Assembly: GCA_964016885.1 (NCBI GenBank)
Contig: OZ024740.1
Location: forward strand, 115,630,001-115,694,000
DNA from: Eledone cirrhosa
Lineage: Eukaryota
Length of the DNA stretch: 64,000 bases
Reading direction: 5' to 3'
Of the stretch, positions 29,398 through 43,572 are shown piece after piece (position 1 is the first letter of the stretch; each line of letters begins with the position of its first letter). A model generated the notes under the pieces. That model was not told the DNA's origin. It was given only the letters and a program-made list of their open reading frames with translations, and did no database searches. The position numbers and the translations under genes were made by a program.

Positions 29398-30177
29398 GTT
29401 GGTGCAGAAAAGTTAAAAGAGGAAAAGAAATCACTCACCTCTTCGTGTTCTGGGGACCAGGCTGCACAATTTCCATGGGGGTGCTGGAGTGTATGTCCGG
29501 TGGGTGGTGGTTTCTGGCGGGATGGGGACGGAGGCGTTTGGTGGAGAGGGGGTGTCTGGTGGGATGGGGGTGACTGGGGTGGGGTGCCTGTGTTGGGGAG
29601 ACCCTTGAAGAGGACGCGGTTGATTGGTTTCACGCAGGAATTCCCTACGTCCTCTACAAATGTTTCTTTTAGGGATCTATAAGAGTATATAGGGACCCTG
29701 ATCAGTTTTAGGTTCGTTTTTTTGTTTTTGTTGGAACTATCCAAAGTTTTCCCTTCGGTTTTGACCAAGGGGTTGTTTTTGATGGTCTCCATCAGTGTTC
29801 TATTTTCTTCGTTTATGTAAGTGTATGTGTACTTTTCCTGAGTTGCGTTTGTTCCTGCGTGTGTTTTCTCTTTGTTGTGGGTGTTTTGTTTTCGGGAGGG
29901 GGGACTTTTGTTTATGATTTTTGTGCTGTTTGTGCTGGTGTCTGTGTGTTTGTTTCGTTTTTGTTCATGCGGTGCTTTCTTTTTTTTTTTTTTTCACGGG
30001 TTGGAAGGGTTCCTCCTCATCGCCGCTAGGTGCCGTCGATAGTGGTTCCTCATCCGTGTTGATGGGTAGGGGTATGTTTGGGGGTTCTGTAATGTCTGTG
30101 TGTGTTTTTGTATTTGTTTTGGGTGGGGAGGGTTGGGTGGGATAGTGTTCTGTGTTTTTTTCTTGTTGTTTTTGTTG

Positions 30178-31365
30178 TTATGGTGGCGGTGGTGGTGGTT
30201 GTGTTGTTATTTGTGGTGTTGGCAGAAGTGGTTTTCTTTTTGTCAATTGAGGACAGGCAGCCCTTAGGTGACCTCTGCTTGCGCAGTGGTAACATGCGGG
30301 CCGCCTACCCTCAACCGAAATGTTTATGTAGGTCTGTCCATCCAGAGGTACTCTTTGTGGGATTTTCGCTATACGTTCTGGGCTCATCTGCACCAGAATT
30401 TCGACGCTAGTCCCACTAAATATATCTCTGGAGGATTTTCCTACTGAGATCAAAATGTCTTGTTCAAAGTCAATTAGGCCATAAAGTATCCACCAAATAT
30501 CTACTTTGGGTCTTATGCATGTAATTTTTATTTTTTGTGTCCTTTTTCCCATGTATGTAGGGAAAAAGGGAAAATGGGTGGACACAATGGGCGCGATGGA
30601 ATATTTTTGTGCTGTTATATTTTCTTTCATCAGCACCGAGATGCTGCCGAAAAGTTTGGCTTTCTGAATGAATAAAATGTTATCCATGTGGTTCCTTAAA
30701 ACCAGCTCAATCTCACTCTGAGATAGTTGAGCTGGTTTTTTTATGCATTTGAGATTGTCCTGAAAACCACCGTGTTCATGGCATTCTCTCTCCTTAGTTC
30801 TTGTGGTGAATTTATGTTAAAAGACCCATTGGGTCCAAAAGTCACGTATTGTTTAGCTTCTTCCAACTTTTGTTTCGAGTTGGTTAAATCCAAAAGTTGA
30901 AATATTTCCGTTTTTTTACGGTATCAGCAAAAGAAATTTTGCTGTTGTTGTCTTTCTTGTTGTTGTTGTCACTGTTGTTTGTATTTTCTTTGGTGTTGGT
31001 GTTTGTGTTGACATTTTTTTCTTTTGATTTGTGTTGTTGGATGTGTTTTCAATTTTTTCTTTTTCTGTATTTTTTGGTGTCTGTTGTGGGCTGTTATTTT
31101 CATATTTTGTTGTGTGAATTTCCATTTCTTTACGAAACGAAGTATTTGCTACATATATATTCTTCTGTGTGTGGATACATGTGACGTTTGTGACGTCAAG
31201 CGTGTTCAGTTGCTTACAAGCAGCTGAAGCTTGTTCCTCTTCTAAATGTTGAGGCGGTGATGTTAGCATTCCTTTGTCAATGTCTGCTACTACCTGCTGG
31301 TCAAGTGGGCATGGCTTTCCCTTCCCATCTTCTTGTTTTGACAAAGAAGTAGGTGCTTCGGCCAT
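30178..31365 (-). pseudogene. LINE ORF1 (gag-like, CCHC zinc knuckle), frameshifted
   Basis: ISVEGRRPACYHCASRGHLRAACP upstream of ORF2. N-terminal part lies in ORF 30916-31464 starting MAEAPTS. Confidence 0.8.
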
Positions 31366-31586
31366 TTTTTTTTTAAATAAAGTGTTTTGCAAAAATATTT
31401 TCGAAGATATTTTGGATGTTTTTGCCCTGAGGGGCACGATATTTTGAAGGACTGACCAGATCAAAATTTGACCTGTCAGTCCCTCTACAAATTGGTATAA
31501 AAATAAAAGTTCACAATGACGAATTTCTAAGGAAATTTAAACAAAACTTACCGAGCAAGTTTAACACATGTGTCCATCCCAGCGAT

Positions 31587-31701
<115 letters not shown>

Positions 31702-32112
31702 TGTGAGTGAGGGGTTTTTTTCTGTGACTTTTTTTTCTGGATTCAGCATTGAATCTGTCCCGGAATGTTCTGGAGAGATTCTCTATCTAAACGAGAATAA
31801 GACGTCTTTGTCTGACATCTGATTAATGTTTCACCAAATATAGAAATAAGAGAAAGATTTGTTTGTGTGCTTATGTGTGTGTATATGTGTATGTGCGTGT
31901 CTGTGTGCGCATGTGTGCATGTGTGTACGTATGTGTGTACGTATGTGTATGTTTTATAGGTTTGTTATTTTACTACCATCACCATACATACATATAACAT
32001 ACAAATATACACTCACACATACACACATATATATATCTGTATATAAAATGTTCAGATCTAGTTATCTCTTTAGTCTTCGAAGGAGGTAGAACTAATTCAA
32101 TATTGATAATAG

Positions 32113-32226
<114 letters not shown>

Positions 32227-32230
32227 CATT

Positions 32231-32273
<43 letters not shown>

Positions 32274-32430
32274 TTTACTGAATTTAAATCTAGTTAGCTA
32301 GACAGAAGGAAGACAGATAGATATACGTATATATATATATATACCTACAGAGATACCTAGAGACACATACATACATACATACATACATACATACATACAT
32401 ACATACATACATACATACATACATACATAC

Positions 32431-33051
32431 ATGGTGGCTGCCAACTCGTTTTCGAGTACGGCCACTACTTTACATCCATGTAGGATAACCCCTACCGAAG
32501 CGCTGAACGAGTGTGACTTTTTAGTCCAGCCAGCGACTTGAAACCTCTGGTACAAACACTACACCTGTGACAATTATTGACACATAGTGCTAGGCCCATG
32601 GTAGGACAATCATTGACACATAGTGCTGGGCCCATGTGAGGACAAGTGCAGAGAGATCTCCAGATATAAAGCAATGCCTGTGCCGTGAAGCTTTTATAGT
32701 GAGCAAAGGCACTGCACAAAGCCAGTCCCACTCTCTTAACCAAGATGCTATTTACCAAAAAGAAGAACAAGTCAACATCATTGGATACCATCAGGGTTGC
32801 AGGTGTTATATCAGAGTTTTCCTTCTCCTAGAATTCTGCCTTGACTAAGGCTAAAGGGGTCATCTCTCCCGGTGATTTTGGATGGCCATTGACTCTTAAG
32901 AGCTCCTTTGCCCTTTGACAGGTTTTGTTTTTAGTCCTGCAGGATGTCCAAAGTCACCCTCCTCACCAAGAAACCTTGGTGGGGTTGCCAGTTTAGTCGC
33001 CAACGACCCGACCATGAGACAGGTTGTACTGGGATACATGTTACCAGTAGC
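32431..33051 (-). mobile_element. Bipartite RTE-derived non-autonomous element between (CATA)n tracts
   Basis: 32500-32570 encodes CSVCTRGFKSLAGLKSHTRS and runs into an (ATGT)n tail. 32735-33051 matches a family repeated at 42710-43570, 51418-52026 and 52991-53420. Confidence 0.55.
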
Positions 33052-33534
33052 ATACATACATACATACATACATACATACATACATACATACATACATACA
33101 TACATACATACATACTCATACATATATATCCATACATAACTGTACCTCCATTCTTACACTAATATGCATATAAGTTTATATTCGTGTGTGTCTGTCCGTG
33201 TATACATCATACATTTATATATGTATATACTCATCTATATTCATATACACACTCACACACACACATACACACACACGGATATATACTCATACACATACAT
33301 AAAACACCTACGAAATACATACACGTGCTCACACATGCACAAATACATTCTTAGTTAATGTATTGAAAACTGAAGTCAGCATACTACAACAATGTGAAGA
33401 ATGCAGAATCATTTCTAAATATAATTTAGTGCAAGTTTGTTTGTGTTTCCCTTTCATTGCTGTGGTGTGTTATATAACAATTATTTACTGAATAACCTTT
33501 AAAATTAATTTCAAAAGTTAGTAATAATTCCTCT

Positions 33535-33944
33535 GAGTGGTCTTTGGCGTAATGTTATTCGATTGAGTGCGTAGCTCGGAGATCAGTGAGTCACTCCATG
33601 TAGAGCCGCTACTTCTCCGAATTAAGAGATCACAGCTCCGATACTATGAGCATGTGGTTAGAATGTCTCAGAAAGAATCGCTGGGCAAATTTTACGAGCA
33701 AAGCCATCCGGCAGAATACCCTCAGGTAGACCCGAAGCAAGTTGGTTGGTTAATATCCATGAGTTTGGCTGGTCTCGCTTGGGGATCCAGCCGGATCTGT
33801 TGTGGACGGTTGCCTCTGAAAGGGCTCGCTGGAAGGAGTGTTTGTGGACTATACCCACACGACCCTCTCAAGAAGAAGAAGAAGAAGAAGAAGAAGAAGA
33901 AGAAGAAGAAGAAGAAGAAGAAGAAGAAGAAGAAGAAGAAGAAG

Positions 33945-34000
<56 letters not shown>
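33535..34000 (+). mobile_element. RTE-clade LINE 3' end with (GAA)n(CAA)n tail
   Basis: EISESLHVEPLLLRIKRSQLRYYEHVVRM, then after a frameshift NIHEFGWSRLGI...ERARWKECL. Confidence 0.8.
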
Positions 34001-34001
<1 letters not shown>

Positions 34002-34169
34002 TCACCCACCGATCCAGAGTCGTAGTGGCGTCGTAGTGACATACGGCGTGTATCAATCCTTTAAACTTTGCGGAACTCATCCCTCTCCAGGTCAGAAGGC
34101 AGATGATTTCTTCCAGAGGAGACAGAGAGCGAGAAAGAAATTAAAATAAGAAAGAGGTATAGAGGAAGA

Positions 34170-35391
34170 ATCAATCCAGTATTGAACTGTTACCATAGTT
34201 ATTGACCTCGAAAGTATAAACGACAGAATAGACCTCGATTGAATTTGAACCCCGATCACCGAGAGCCGAAACGAATACTGCAAAGTTTTAACGACTCTGC
34301 AAATTCACCGCCTCAGAGATTTAAACTTTGTTATGTTTTTTTTTTTATTATTTTCTTGCTGTTTAGGGCGGTAGATTGGCAGTATTGGTAGAGAGTTGGA
34401 CACCATGCTTTACGGTATGAGTTCAAATCCCGCTGAGGTTATCTTTGCCATTCATCCTTACGGGGTCGATAAAATAAAGTACCAGTAACGTACTGGAGTC
34501 GATTTAATCGACTTCCCCCTCCCCCCAAATTACTGGCCTTGTGCCTATACTAGAAATCATTATTTTCTTGCTGTTTGTTCTGCATGGTATTCGTGCTTCA
34601 AAATAGATACCTCGACAGTAGTTCCTGCTCTCAGAGTTCACATCCTTTCATCCTTTCGAGGGCGATAAATAAAGTACCAGTCTGTGAAATGCGTGGCCTA
34701 TTGGTTATGGTGTTGGAAAAGCATAAGGTATTATTAAAAACTACACGTGAAACCTCTCATGAGATACAACCTTGTAGAAGCCGCCAAGCTAAGCCTACAT
34801 AGTTGTCAGATGTAAATTTTATTTCATGACGTAATATATGATTTCAAAGACTGATCATTCACTTGTCTCTCGAGTTTTCATTTTCAAGATATGTTTTGTA
34901 GTTAATGAATTATATTCGCAACTGCGCTGTTTCGGTTCAGTTACACTGCGCGGCACGTTGGGCTGGTGTCTTTTACTATAGCCTCAGGTTGGCCAGTGCT
35001 TTGGGGAGTAAAAATGTATGAAAGAGAGAGAGTGGGGGGGGGGGGTATGCCTGTATTTATGTTTGTATCTAGAAACTTAACGATTCTACAAAAAGAGATC
35101 GGTAAAATATAGAACAGGCTTTTAAAGAATGAGTACTGGAGTCGACATGGTCCCTTCTGATTATAAATGCAGGTTATAAACTTACTAAAATTATTATTAT
35201 TTTATCGGTAGAGCGCCGGACATCATGCTTCACAGCATAGAGTTACGTCCTGGGCTCAAATCCTGCCGAAGTTAGCTTTGCCTTTCCTCCTTATGGTGGT
35301 TGATAAAATAAAGTACCAGTAATGCATTGAGGTTCGATATCTTCGACTTTCCCTTCCCCAAAATTTTTGGCCTTCTGCCTAAATCAGAAAC

Positions 35392-35400
<9 letters not shown>
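34170..35400. mobile_element. Cluster of major-family SINE copies: 34170-34312 (minus), 34366-34562 (plus), 34640-34682 (plus), 35205-35395 (plus)
   Basis: Repeated gagttcaaatcc and ttcatcctt.cggggtcgataaaataaagtaccag motifs. Confidence 0.8.
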
Positions 35401-35422
<22 letters not shown>

Positions 35423-35993
35423 TTGTTGTTGTTTTTTGTTTATTTTTCACCTCCATTTGTAATCAGGAGGGACCTTGTTGAATATCTGATTTCAAAGAAC
35501 GGATATTTCAATGGGAGATTCAATCACCTGTCTCTCGGGTTTTCTTCACAAAGAAAAAAAAATATTAAAGATTTCACAAGAGTTAAACATTCGAGCAAGA
35601 AACTGATATCTTTTTTTTTTTTATTAGCATTTTATTTTGGGTTATTTCTTTATTTTTTAATACTTGGTATTTAGGGAAAGGCAAGCAGTAGTAAAACAAT
35701 ATTTGTAGTGTTCGGGCGGTGGATGTTGCATATAGATGTGGTTGTGTTACAAATACATACGAGACAGCTCAGTTGGTTTACATAAGAGGGAAGTAAGCAC
35801 CTCACTAACGAAATATATGTTGTAGATGTCAAAATGTTAGATAGAGGGAAAATCTGGGGAATTTATATACCATACACACATAATGCACACGATATTTACA
35901 TTTTAACTACATGTATGTATGTGTGTGTATATGTGCGCGCTCGCGTGTGTGTGTTTGTGTGTGTGTGCGTCTGTGTGCGCATGTATGAATGTA

Positions 35994-36046
<53 letters not shown>

Positions 36047-36481
36047 TTATATATTTATTTGTATGAATATCGAAATACACCGTATATCTTTAGATATACG
36101 AAGTTCACGTACTTGTATGTATACAATTATGTCGGAGCTAAATTCTAATTCTACTTTTAAGTTGAGCCAACTTACACAGCTCCATATGCAAATGAAGCTA
36201 ATCAACCCACCTACACACGCGAAAAAAGTATATATTTTCGCCTGTTTCAAGTTCTAGCAGAGAACAGGGGAAGCACTGTCCTCATGCTAGCCAGAGCTTG
36301 AAATGCGCAAGAGAGTTGTCCCCTGCTACTTCTGCTGGAACCCGCTAGACGGCGCTAGCCGTCAGCCTTTCAATATTCATAGCTAAGCTTTCAAAATGTT
36401 TATTTATTAACCATGCCGTATATCTTTAGATATACGAAATTCATACGTATGTATACAGCGATGTCGGAGCTAAATTGTAAT

Positions 36482-36520
<39 letters not shown>

Positions 36521-37032
36521 GTGGATGTATTTGGCAATATACCGTATGTTTAATTAAAAACATTTAGAAGACCATACGCTATCGGTTTTAAAGTAGTGAC
36601 TATGTCACTTACTTCTTTTCGGCGAAAGAAAGGAGAGAAGCTAACAGTGTGTTTCACGCAGTTTGGCGATCATCAGAGCCACGCACCCCCCTGCTTCAGC
36701 CGAAAATTATAGAAGCTGGATTCTTATAGAATTCCAGTAATAATCAGGAGCTGATTATACAGAGTGATTGCCGGTCCAGCAAAAATTAGGTATTAGGATT
36801 GATGCTCTGAAATAGCACTAATCCTAATAGCATGTATACATGAATGTATGTATAGTATATTTGGCAATATACTGTTCTTTCGCCGAAAAGAAGTAAGTGA
36901 CATAGTCACTACTTTAAAACCGATAGCGTATGGTCTTCTAAATGTTTTTAATTAAACATACGGTATATTGCCAAATATACTATACATACATTCATGTATA
37001 CATCGCTATTTCAGAGCACTAATCCTAATACC
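36521..37032. mobile_element. Microsatellite-flanked insert with nested inverted repeats and a hammerhead
   Basis: 36528-36630 is the reverse complement of 36875-36977; 36832-36872 is inverted against 36963-37003; HHR at 36639-36680. Confidence 0.7.
36639..36680 (-). ncRNA. Type I hammerhead ribozyme
   Basis: Minus strand GGCT-CTGATGA-T-CGC-CAAACT-GCG-T-GAAA-CA-CAC-TG-TT-AGCT: intact core, all three stems, GUU triplet. Confidence 0.72.
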
Positions 37033-37940
37033 TATATATATATATATATATATATAAGGTAAATTATAGAAGTTGATAATACAAAAGCAAGGCATTCAGA
37101 TATTTAAAGCGCATATGTGTGATCAATATCCAGATTGGTGGTCTATTTTTGGCCCCTATATATATGTATATATATATATATATATTATATATATTATAAT
37201 TAAAATAGAGTTCGAAAAGCGTACCTGGTATATATATAAAAAGGATCTTTATAACATGCACAAAAAATTGATGTTAGCGAAGCTTGCTTTCTCCGTTTTG
37301 GATCTTCAAAACGTTTCTTTTTAGGTTGAATTATCTTTTCGTTAAAATTCTTGCATGCTAGTTTTCGATTGTATTGTTTGGGTCGCTTCTGTCCTTGCTA
37401 AAGTAAGGAACACAACTCCCTTACTTGTACATATTTTCAGTTGAGTGAACTGGAGTAATGTGAAATAAAGTACCTTGCACAATGGCACAATGCGTCAGCT
37501 GGCCTGAGAATCAGCCTTACAATTTTATAACGATAAGCCCAACACCCTAACCACTAGATTACCTGATAATCTAAAAGAGTGAGGGGGAGAGAAGATTGAT
37601 TCCACGCACCAGGTGGGCTGTAAATGGGAGAGATTGAAAGTTTTAAAGTTATATTTAGAATAAGGAAGGTAACGATATGTAATTACCCATAACTGGAAAG
37701 TTGTGGGGAGAGGGGACTGACACAGAGTACTTTAGTTCTGTAAAGTAAACGATTACCGCCATCACCGCCCCATTTCACTGCATATAGATAAATGAAAATA
37801 ATAATATTTCTTCCCCAAAAAATACATTTTTCTTAAATTTATTGTATCAAATATACGGCAATTATATGGTTGTATTTCAACAAAGTGACGCATTACCAAT
37901 ACTAAAAACACACAGACACACTCATATATATATACATACG

Positions 37941-38103
<163 letters not shown>

Positions 38104-38135
38104 AGAAATTAAAAGATGGTTAAAGAAGTTCCATA

Positions 38136-38190
38136 TATTTTATTATGCGCATTTCGAAAACAACATCATCCTGGGACATCAGATAAAATA
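38136..38190 (-). ncRNA. Degenerate hammerhead-like motif in (TA)n-flanked insert 38099-38217
   Basis: Minus strand TATTTTAT-CTGATGT-(20 nt)-GAAA-TGCGCA-TA-ATAAAATA: 8-bp stem I, palindromic ATGCGCAT stem III. A9U change and no clear stem II. Confidence 0.5.
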
Positions 38191-38239
38191 AGGTAACATG
38201 ATATGAGGCCTAAAAATTATATATATATATATATATATA

Positions 38240-38691
38240 CGGGATAACAAATTATTGTTATAGGTTAGATGTAGTCCAGTTAGGATACTCCGAGTAGTGG
38301 ATGGTATCAACGCTTGGCTAAGTTTGACTCAACAAGGCGTTTCCATAGTGATGTTGCGAGTACGCGGTGATTTCTATGTTGTTTACACTTGGAGTAATGA
38401 TAAATCAAGAAAGAAGAGTGACACGGTTTGCTATACAATAAGGGCTTTAATCACATTGCTGACAATTGTTTCTCTGAACTGGTAGGTCTAGAGATCGCTA
38501 CCCGCCTGTTTCTGCGTCAATCGATCACCAATACATAGTTATAACCAGTCAATTCATCGTGATGTGATCGATTGACGCAGAAACAGGCGGGTAGCGATCT
38601 CGAGACCTACCAGTTCAGAGAAACAATTGTCAGCAATGTGATTAAAGCCCTTATTGTATAGCAAACCGTGTCACTCTTCTTTCTTGGTTTT

Positions 38692-38694
<3 letters not shown>
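38240..38694. mobile_element. (TA)n-flanked fold-back insert; arms 38406-38528 and 38564-38686
   Basis: 123-bp almost perfect inverted repeat. Contains GAAA-CAATTG-TC (38620-38631), the 3' half of a hammerhead. The left arm has an unpaired extension of about 165 bp. Confidence 0.75.
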
Positions 38695-38745
<51 letters not shown>

Positions 38746-39659
38746 ATAATTGTATATATGCACATATATATATATTTATATATAATTGTATATAGATATT
38801 TATATACACACACATACACACACATACATACACACGTGCACATACACACAATTTCTATCTCACACACACACACATACTCACACACTAACACACACACACA
38901 CACACTCATTTCAATACACCATACATCGCATCAAAATGTCTTGGCACCGTTAAATACACAATTCCCTGAACAGGGCGTCATAGATTGTTAAAAAAAGATC
39001 TCGCTCTCTCCAAGTGAATAAAAACAAGGTCCTGAAACTGATTAGGTTCCAAGGGACCACACAGCTCTTCAATACTCTCACTCGAAACATAAGGGGTATA
39101 CGGGGGTCTAGATGGCAACACTTTCGAATAGAATTCAGATGTTACATTAGGATACATAAACGTAAGTGGTAGTTCAAATTTCTAAATTCTTCACATGCTG
39201 AGAACTAGGCTGAAATAGACGTTATGGAAATGCTCCAGTGTGCTTACAGACAGAGCCAAACGCCTCTGGGTATTTAGTGTCCTTGGTTAGTCATACAATG
39301 TGTAGCTTTATCTCTCAATTATTCGCTCTAATATCCAGCTTTCCAAACTTACAATTTAGTAAACTGACGAACCGAGTTGTTGACATTATTTTCATTTACT
39401 CAACTATTAAACCAGTATTTTCCACTATTCAGTCCATTATTGCCAACGACAAATTAAGTAACAGTTCATAACACTATATGACCATTTCCACCACTTTGGA
39501 TGTTTCCATAGCGCTTCTACACGGCAAAGATATTCAGCAATTTTTTCATTGATCGCAGAAAATTAATATATATTTTATTTAATTATATAAATTCGTATAT
39601 GGCGTGAACTTCTACCATTGATTAATGCAGGATAGAGATTTCTCGTTGCCCAATATTCC

Positions 39660-39866
39660 ATGTTTCAGGAGAGAATCGATGGACAGATTTTACGAGCAAG
39701 AGACCCAGGGGTAGACCCTGAGCAAGATGGGTGGATAACATCCATGAACTTGGCTGGTCTCGCTTGAAGATCCAACCAGATCAGTTGGAGACCGTTGCTT
39801 CTGAAGAATGTTAGAAGAAGAAGAAGAAGAAGAAGAAGAAGAAGAAGAAGAAGAAGAAGAAGAAGA
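39660..39866 (+). mobile_element. RTE-clade LINE 3' end with (GAA)n tail
   Basis: Homologous to 33660-33820 (ggataacatccatgaacttggctggtctcgctt). Confidence 0.75.
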
Positions 39867-40494
39867 ATGCACCTCTGATGTCTACACTCTTGGTTGTTAC
39901 CTATTTAGCCACAACAGTAGCGTCGACCCTGTGTGGTGGTGATGGTGAGAATGTTACGTATAACCAACCTTAATTTTTTCCAAATTTTTAACATATGTAT
40001 GTAGGAAGGTGAAAAATTCATTCATTGCAGGTGTAAAATAACAAAATGATAAAACTTAATTCTCTTTCCTTCTTTCTTTCCTACTTTTTCTTCTTTCCTT
40101 CCTACTTTCTTTCTTTTCTTCTTTCTTTTACTTTTTTTATCTTTTCGAAGGAATGTATTTTTTTTATTTCACCATTTCAATCGTTTCTCTCCCCACCCCC
40201 ATCCTGCTTCTTTTTACTACTCTTTCATCACCCCCCCCCTCTCTCTCTTTATCTCTCTCTCTCTCTCTCACTCTCTCTCTCTCCTTATCTCTCTCTCTTT
40301 ATCTCTCCCTCTCTCTCTCTTATCACAGTATTCTTCGATAATACTAAAGTTCAAAGAGGAAAAGAAAGGGAGAGAAAAAAGTTAGACATAGGAAGACAAA
40401 TAGACAAAGAGAAAGTGAGAGCGTTAGGGTGAGGGAGAGACACAGAAGGCCTGAGGGGCGGGGAGTGACTGCTATATTATATATATATATGTAC

Positions 40495-40571
<77 letters not shown>

Positions 40572-40572
<1 letters not shown>

Positions 40573-40892
40573 GTTATTCCGGGTTGAATCGGAGGTAACC
40601 ACAGTAAGTAAGGTACTCAATACATAGCAGAGTATAACAGTTTTAATATAGATGAGATTCTACAGGACTAGAACTGTTTCATTCATTAGAAATCATACAC
40701 ACACAAAGTTTGATATAGAAAAGTCTTCTACAGGACTAGAACTGTTTCATTCGAAGGAAATCACCAGGAACGCTTTCCTTCAGATGAGACCGTTCTAGTC
40801 CTGTAGAAGCCATTTCTATATTAAACCTTGTATATACTCTACTAATGTATTGAGTACTTTACTTACTGTGGTTACCCCGATTGAACCCGAGA
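40572..40892. mobile_element. Three fragments (minus, minus, plus) of the HHR-bearing family at 45749-46484
   Basis: 40574-40696 is the reverse complement of 46356-46479. 40708-40770 is a diverged second copy (core CTGGTGA). 40783-40890 is an inverted diverged copy. Confidence 0.8.
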
Positions 40893-41167
40893 CTCACACA
40901 CACACACAAACACACACACGCACATATATATATATATATATATATAAATATATATATATATATGACCTTGATCACCTTGACTGACCAGTCTGTCGGGGGC
41001 CAATCGGCGCCGCTGGTCACAGCACGTCGTGCTGTTTTAGCCATAAGATAACGCCATCCCACTGGCTGGGCGGGCAGGCCTATATATATATATATATATA
41101 TTATGGAATACTGTTGGCTTCTTGCTACAATACTTTCTATACCTTTCATTTATATATATATATATAT

Positions 41168-41210
<43 letters not shown>

Positions 41211-41763
41211 AGATAAAGTGAACCGAAAGAGAGAAGAAAGGAAAGAAAAGTGGATGAAGCCAGAAATTATGTGAAGAACATTACAAAATACTACCATACA
41301 CATGAATGATATATTGTTCTAAGAATGGAAGGAATCTCCGTCGGTCTCGACGATGAGTGTTTCAGTTGTTACGTAAATAGAACGGCCTACACGTGAAATT
41401 AATATTTCAGTAGCTTAGCATTCCATAGACAAGTCTACCCTTAAAATAATTCTCAGGGAGATTCAGCGTGACTGTGTGACAACAGCGAGATGGTTCAGGG
41501 GAAGAGAGGGGATGCAAACAGAGAGTGACTGATAAACATGCATAAAAGGGGAGGGGAGTGAGAGAAACACCGCGAGTGATGGCAGAGAAATACGCAGAAA
41601 GATATATATAGATATATAGAGAGAGTGTGAGAGACTGACGGGGTAAAAGCAAAGAGAGAGTGAGTGGGGGAAAGAGGCAGAGAGAAACAGATTAACAGTC
41701 AGATAGGCATGCGTTGTCAGATGCTCCGTGTAACAGTCATAGCTGGTGAATATATACTTATAC

Positions 41764-41871
<108 letters not shown>

Positions 41872-41933
41872 TGTTATACTTGGGGAGGGTCATATTTGTG
41901 TAATAATATTGCCAGAATTAATAACAGAACACA

Positions 41934-41970
<37 letters not shown>

Positions 41971-41981
41971 TTATATATATA

Positions 41982-42030
<49 letters not shown>

Positions 42031-42051
42031 TATATAAAGTATATATAAGTA

Positions 42052-42111
<60 letters not shown>

Positions 42112-42112
<1 letters not shown>

Positions 42113-42328
42113 CGAAGGAAATGTGATAAGGAACCAGATGGACCATAACGCACCAAAGTACTCAATACTTAGGGTAGTAGAGTAGGTAATAGGAACGAGT
42201 AGGACCCCGACGGCTGAGCTCAAGCCGTTTCGAAGGCTAATTATGGACTAAATGAAAATGTTCACTTAGTCCAGAATTAGCCGTCGAAACGGCTTGAGCT
42301 AAGCCGTCGGGGTCCTACTCGTTCCTAT
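42112..42328. mobile_element. (TA)n-flanked fold-back insert; arms 42189-42251 and 42266-42328
   Basis: 63-bp inverted repeat containing GAAA-CGGCTT-GAGCT-AAGCCG-TC (42286-42308). GTATTGAGTAC box (minus) at 42158-42168 lies in the unpaired extension. Confidence 0.75.
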
Positions 42329-42339
42329 ATATATATTTT

Positions 42340-42394
<55 letters not shown>

Positions 42395-42415
42395 ATATAT
42401 ATATATATGTGTGTG

Positions 42416-42456
<41 letters not shown>

Positions 42457-42705
42457 ATATATATCTATATATAATATCGTAATATGGTAGGATCCATCTT
42501 CATATTGTTATGTTAGACGGAAATTCTTTACAGTGCTGTCAGAAGCATCAGGTAAAACTTGCAATTGGCACAACCGTATACTTGGCTGACTGATTAAGAT
42601 AGTTGCTTCACGATCATGAGGCCCTGGTTTCGATCTCGCTATATGTAAGTACGTACGTACGTACATACATACATACATACATACATACATACATACATAC
42701 ATACA

Positions 42706-43572
42706 TGATGACTGCCCCTTCGTTATCAAGTATGGCCATTGCACAATACACCATTATTAATAATTATTAATCAATTCTATCGTGCAATGCCTGTGTTTGA
42801 AGATTTTTTTTTAAGTGAGGAAAGACTGTGCACTGAGCCAATCCCACTCTCTGAGCGACACTAGCTATAACCCGAAAAGAAGAAAATATCAACATCATCG
42901 GTAACTACTGAGCCGCAGGTTTTATGCTGGAGTTATCCCAGTTTCCTGAGTTGCCTTCTCCTAGAAGAATGCCCTGAAAAAGGCTAGGGGTCCTTCACTC
43001 CCAGTGGTTTAACCGCGCGATCGGGTATCCAACCCAACTATTTCTATGTTCCCGCGCATATACATACAGATGCACACATTCATATACATACATATGTACA
43101 TGTACATATACATATTTACACATTTTTGGATGGCCGTTGACTCTTATGAGTTCTTCCGCCCTTCGTCAGGTTTTGTTGATACATGATGATGGCTGTAACT
43201 CGATTTCGAGATGGGTCACTTGATACTTAAGCATGAACGAGGTATTTTAGTCTTGTTAAGGCTCGCCTATGACTAGTCATGCCATGCATCACAAAGAATG
43301 TTACATATCAAACGGTGCCTCTGCTTGAAACTTTTTTAAGTGAAGAAAGGCTTTGCACGTGGCCAATCGCACTATCTGAACATCGAATGCATTTGCCCCA
43401 AAAGAAGAAATGGCCTACATCATTGGATGCAAACGAAATTGCAGGTTTTATATCAGAGTGGCCTTCTGTAAACTAGGAGTGTCTCGCTCAACAAAAAGAA
43501 ACAAAAAAAATATTGGATGGCTGTTGACTCTCCTGAGTTCCTCCGCCCTTTGACGGGTTTTGTTTTTTATCC
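42706..43572 (-). mobile_element. Two partial copies of the (CATA)n-associated repeat family
   Basis: 42710-43175 is colinear with 51420-51890; 43310-43572 matches 53120-53420 in reverse. Confidence 0.75.
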
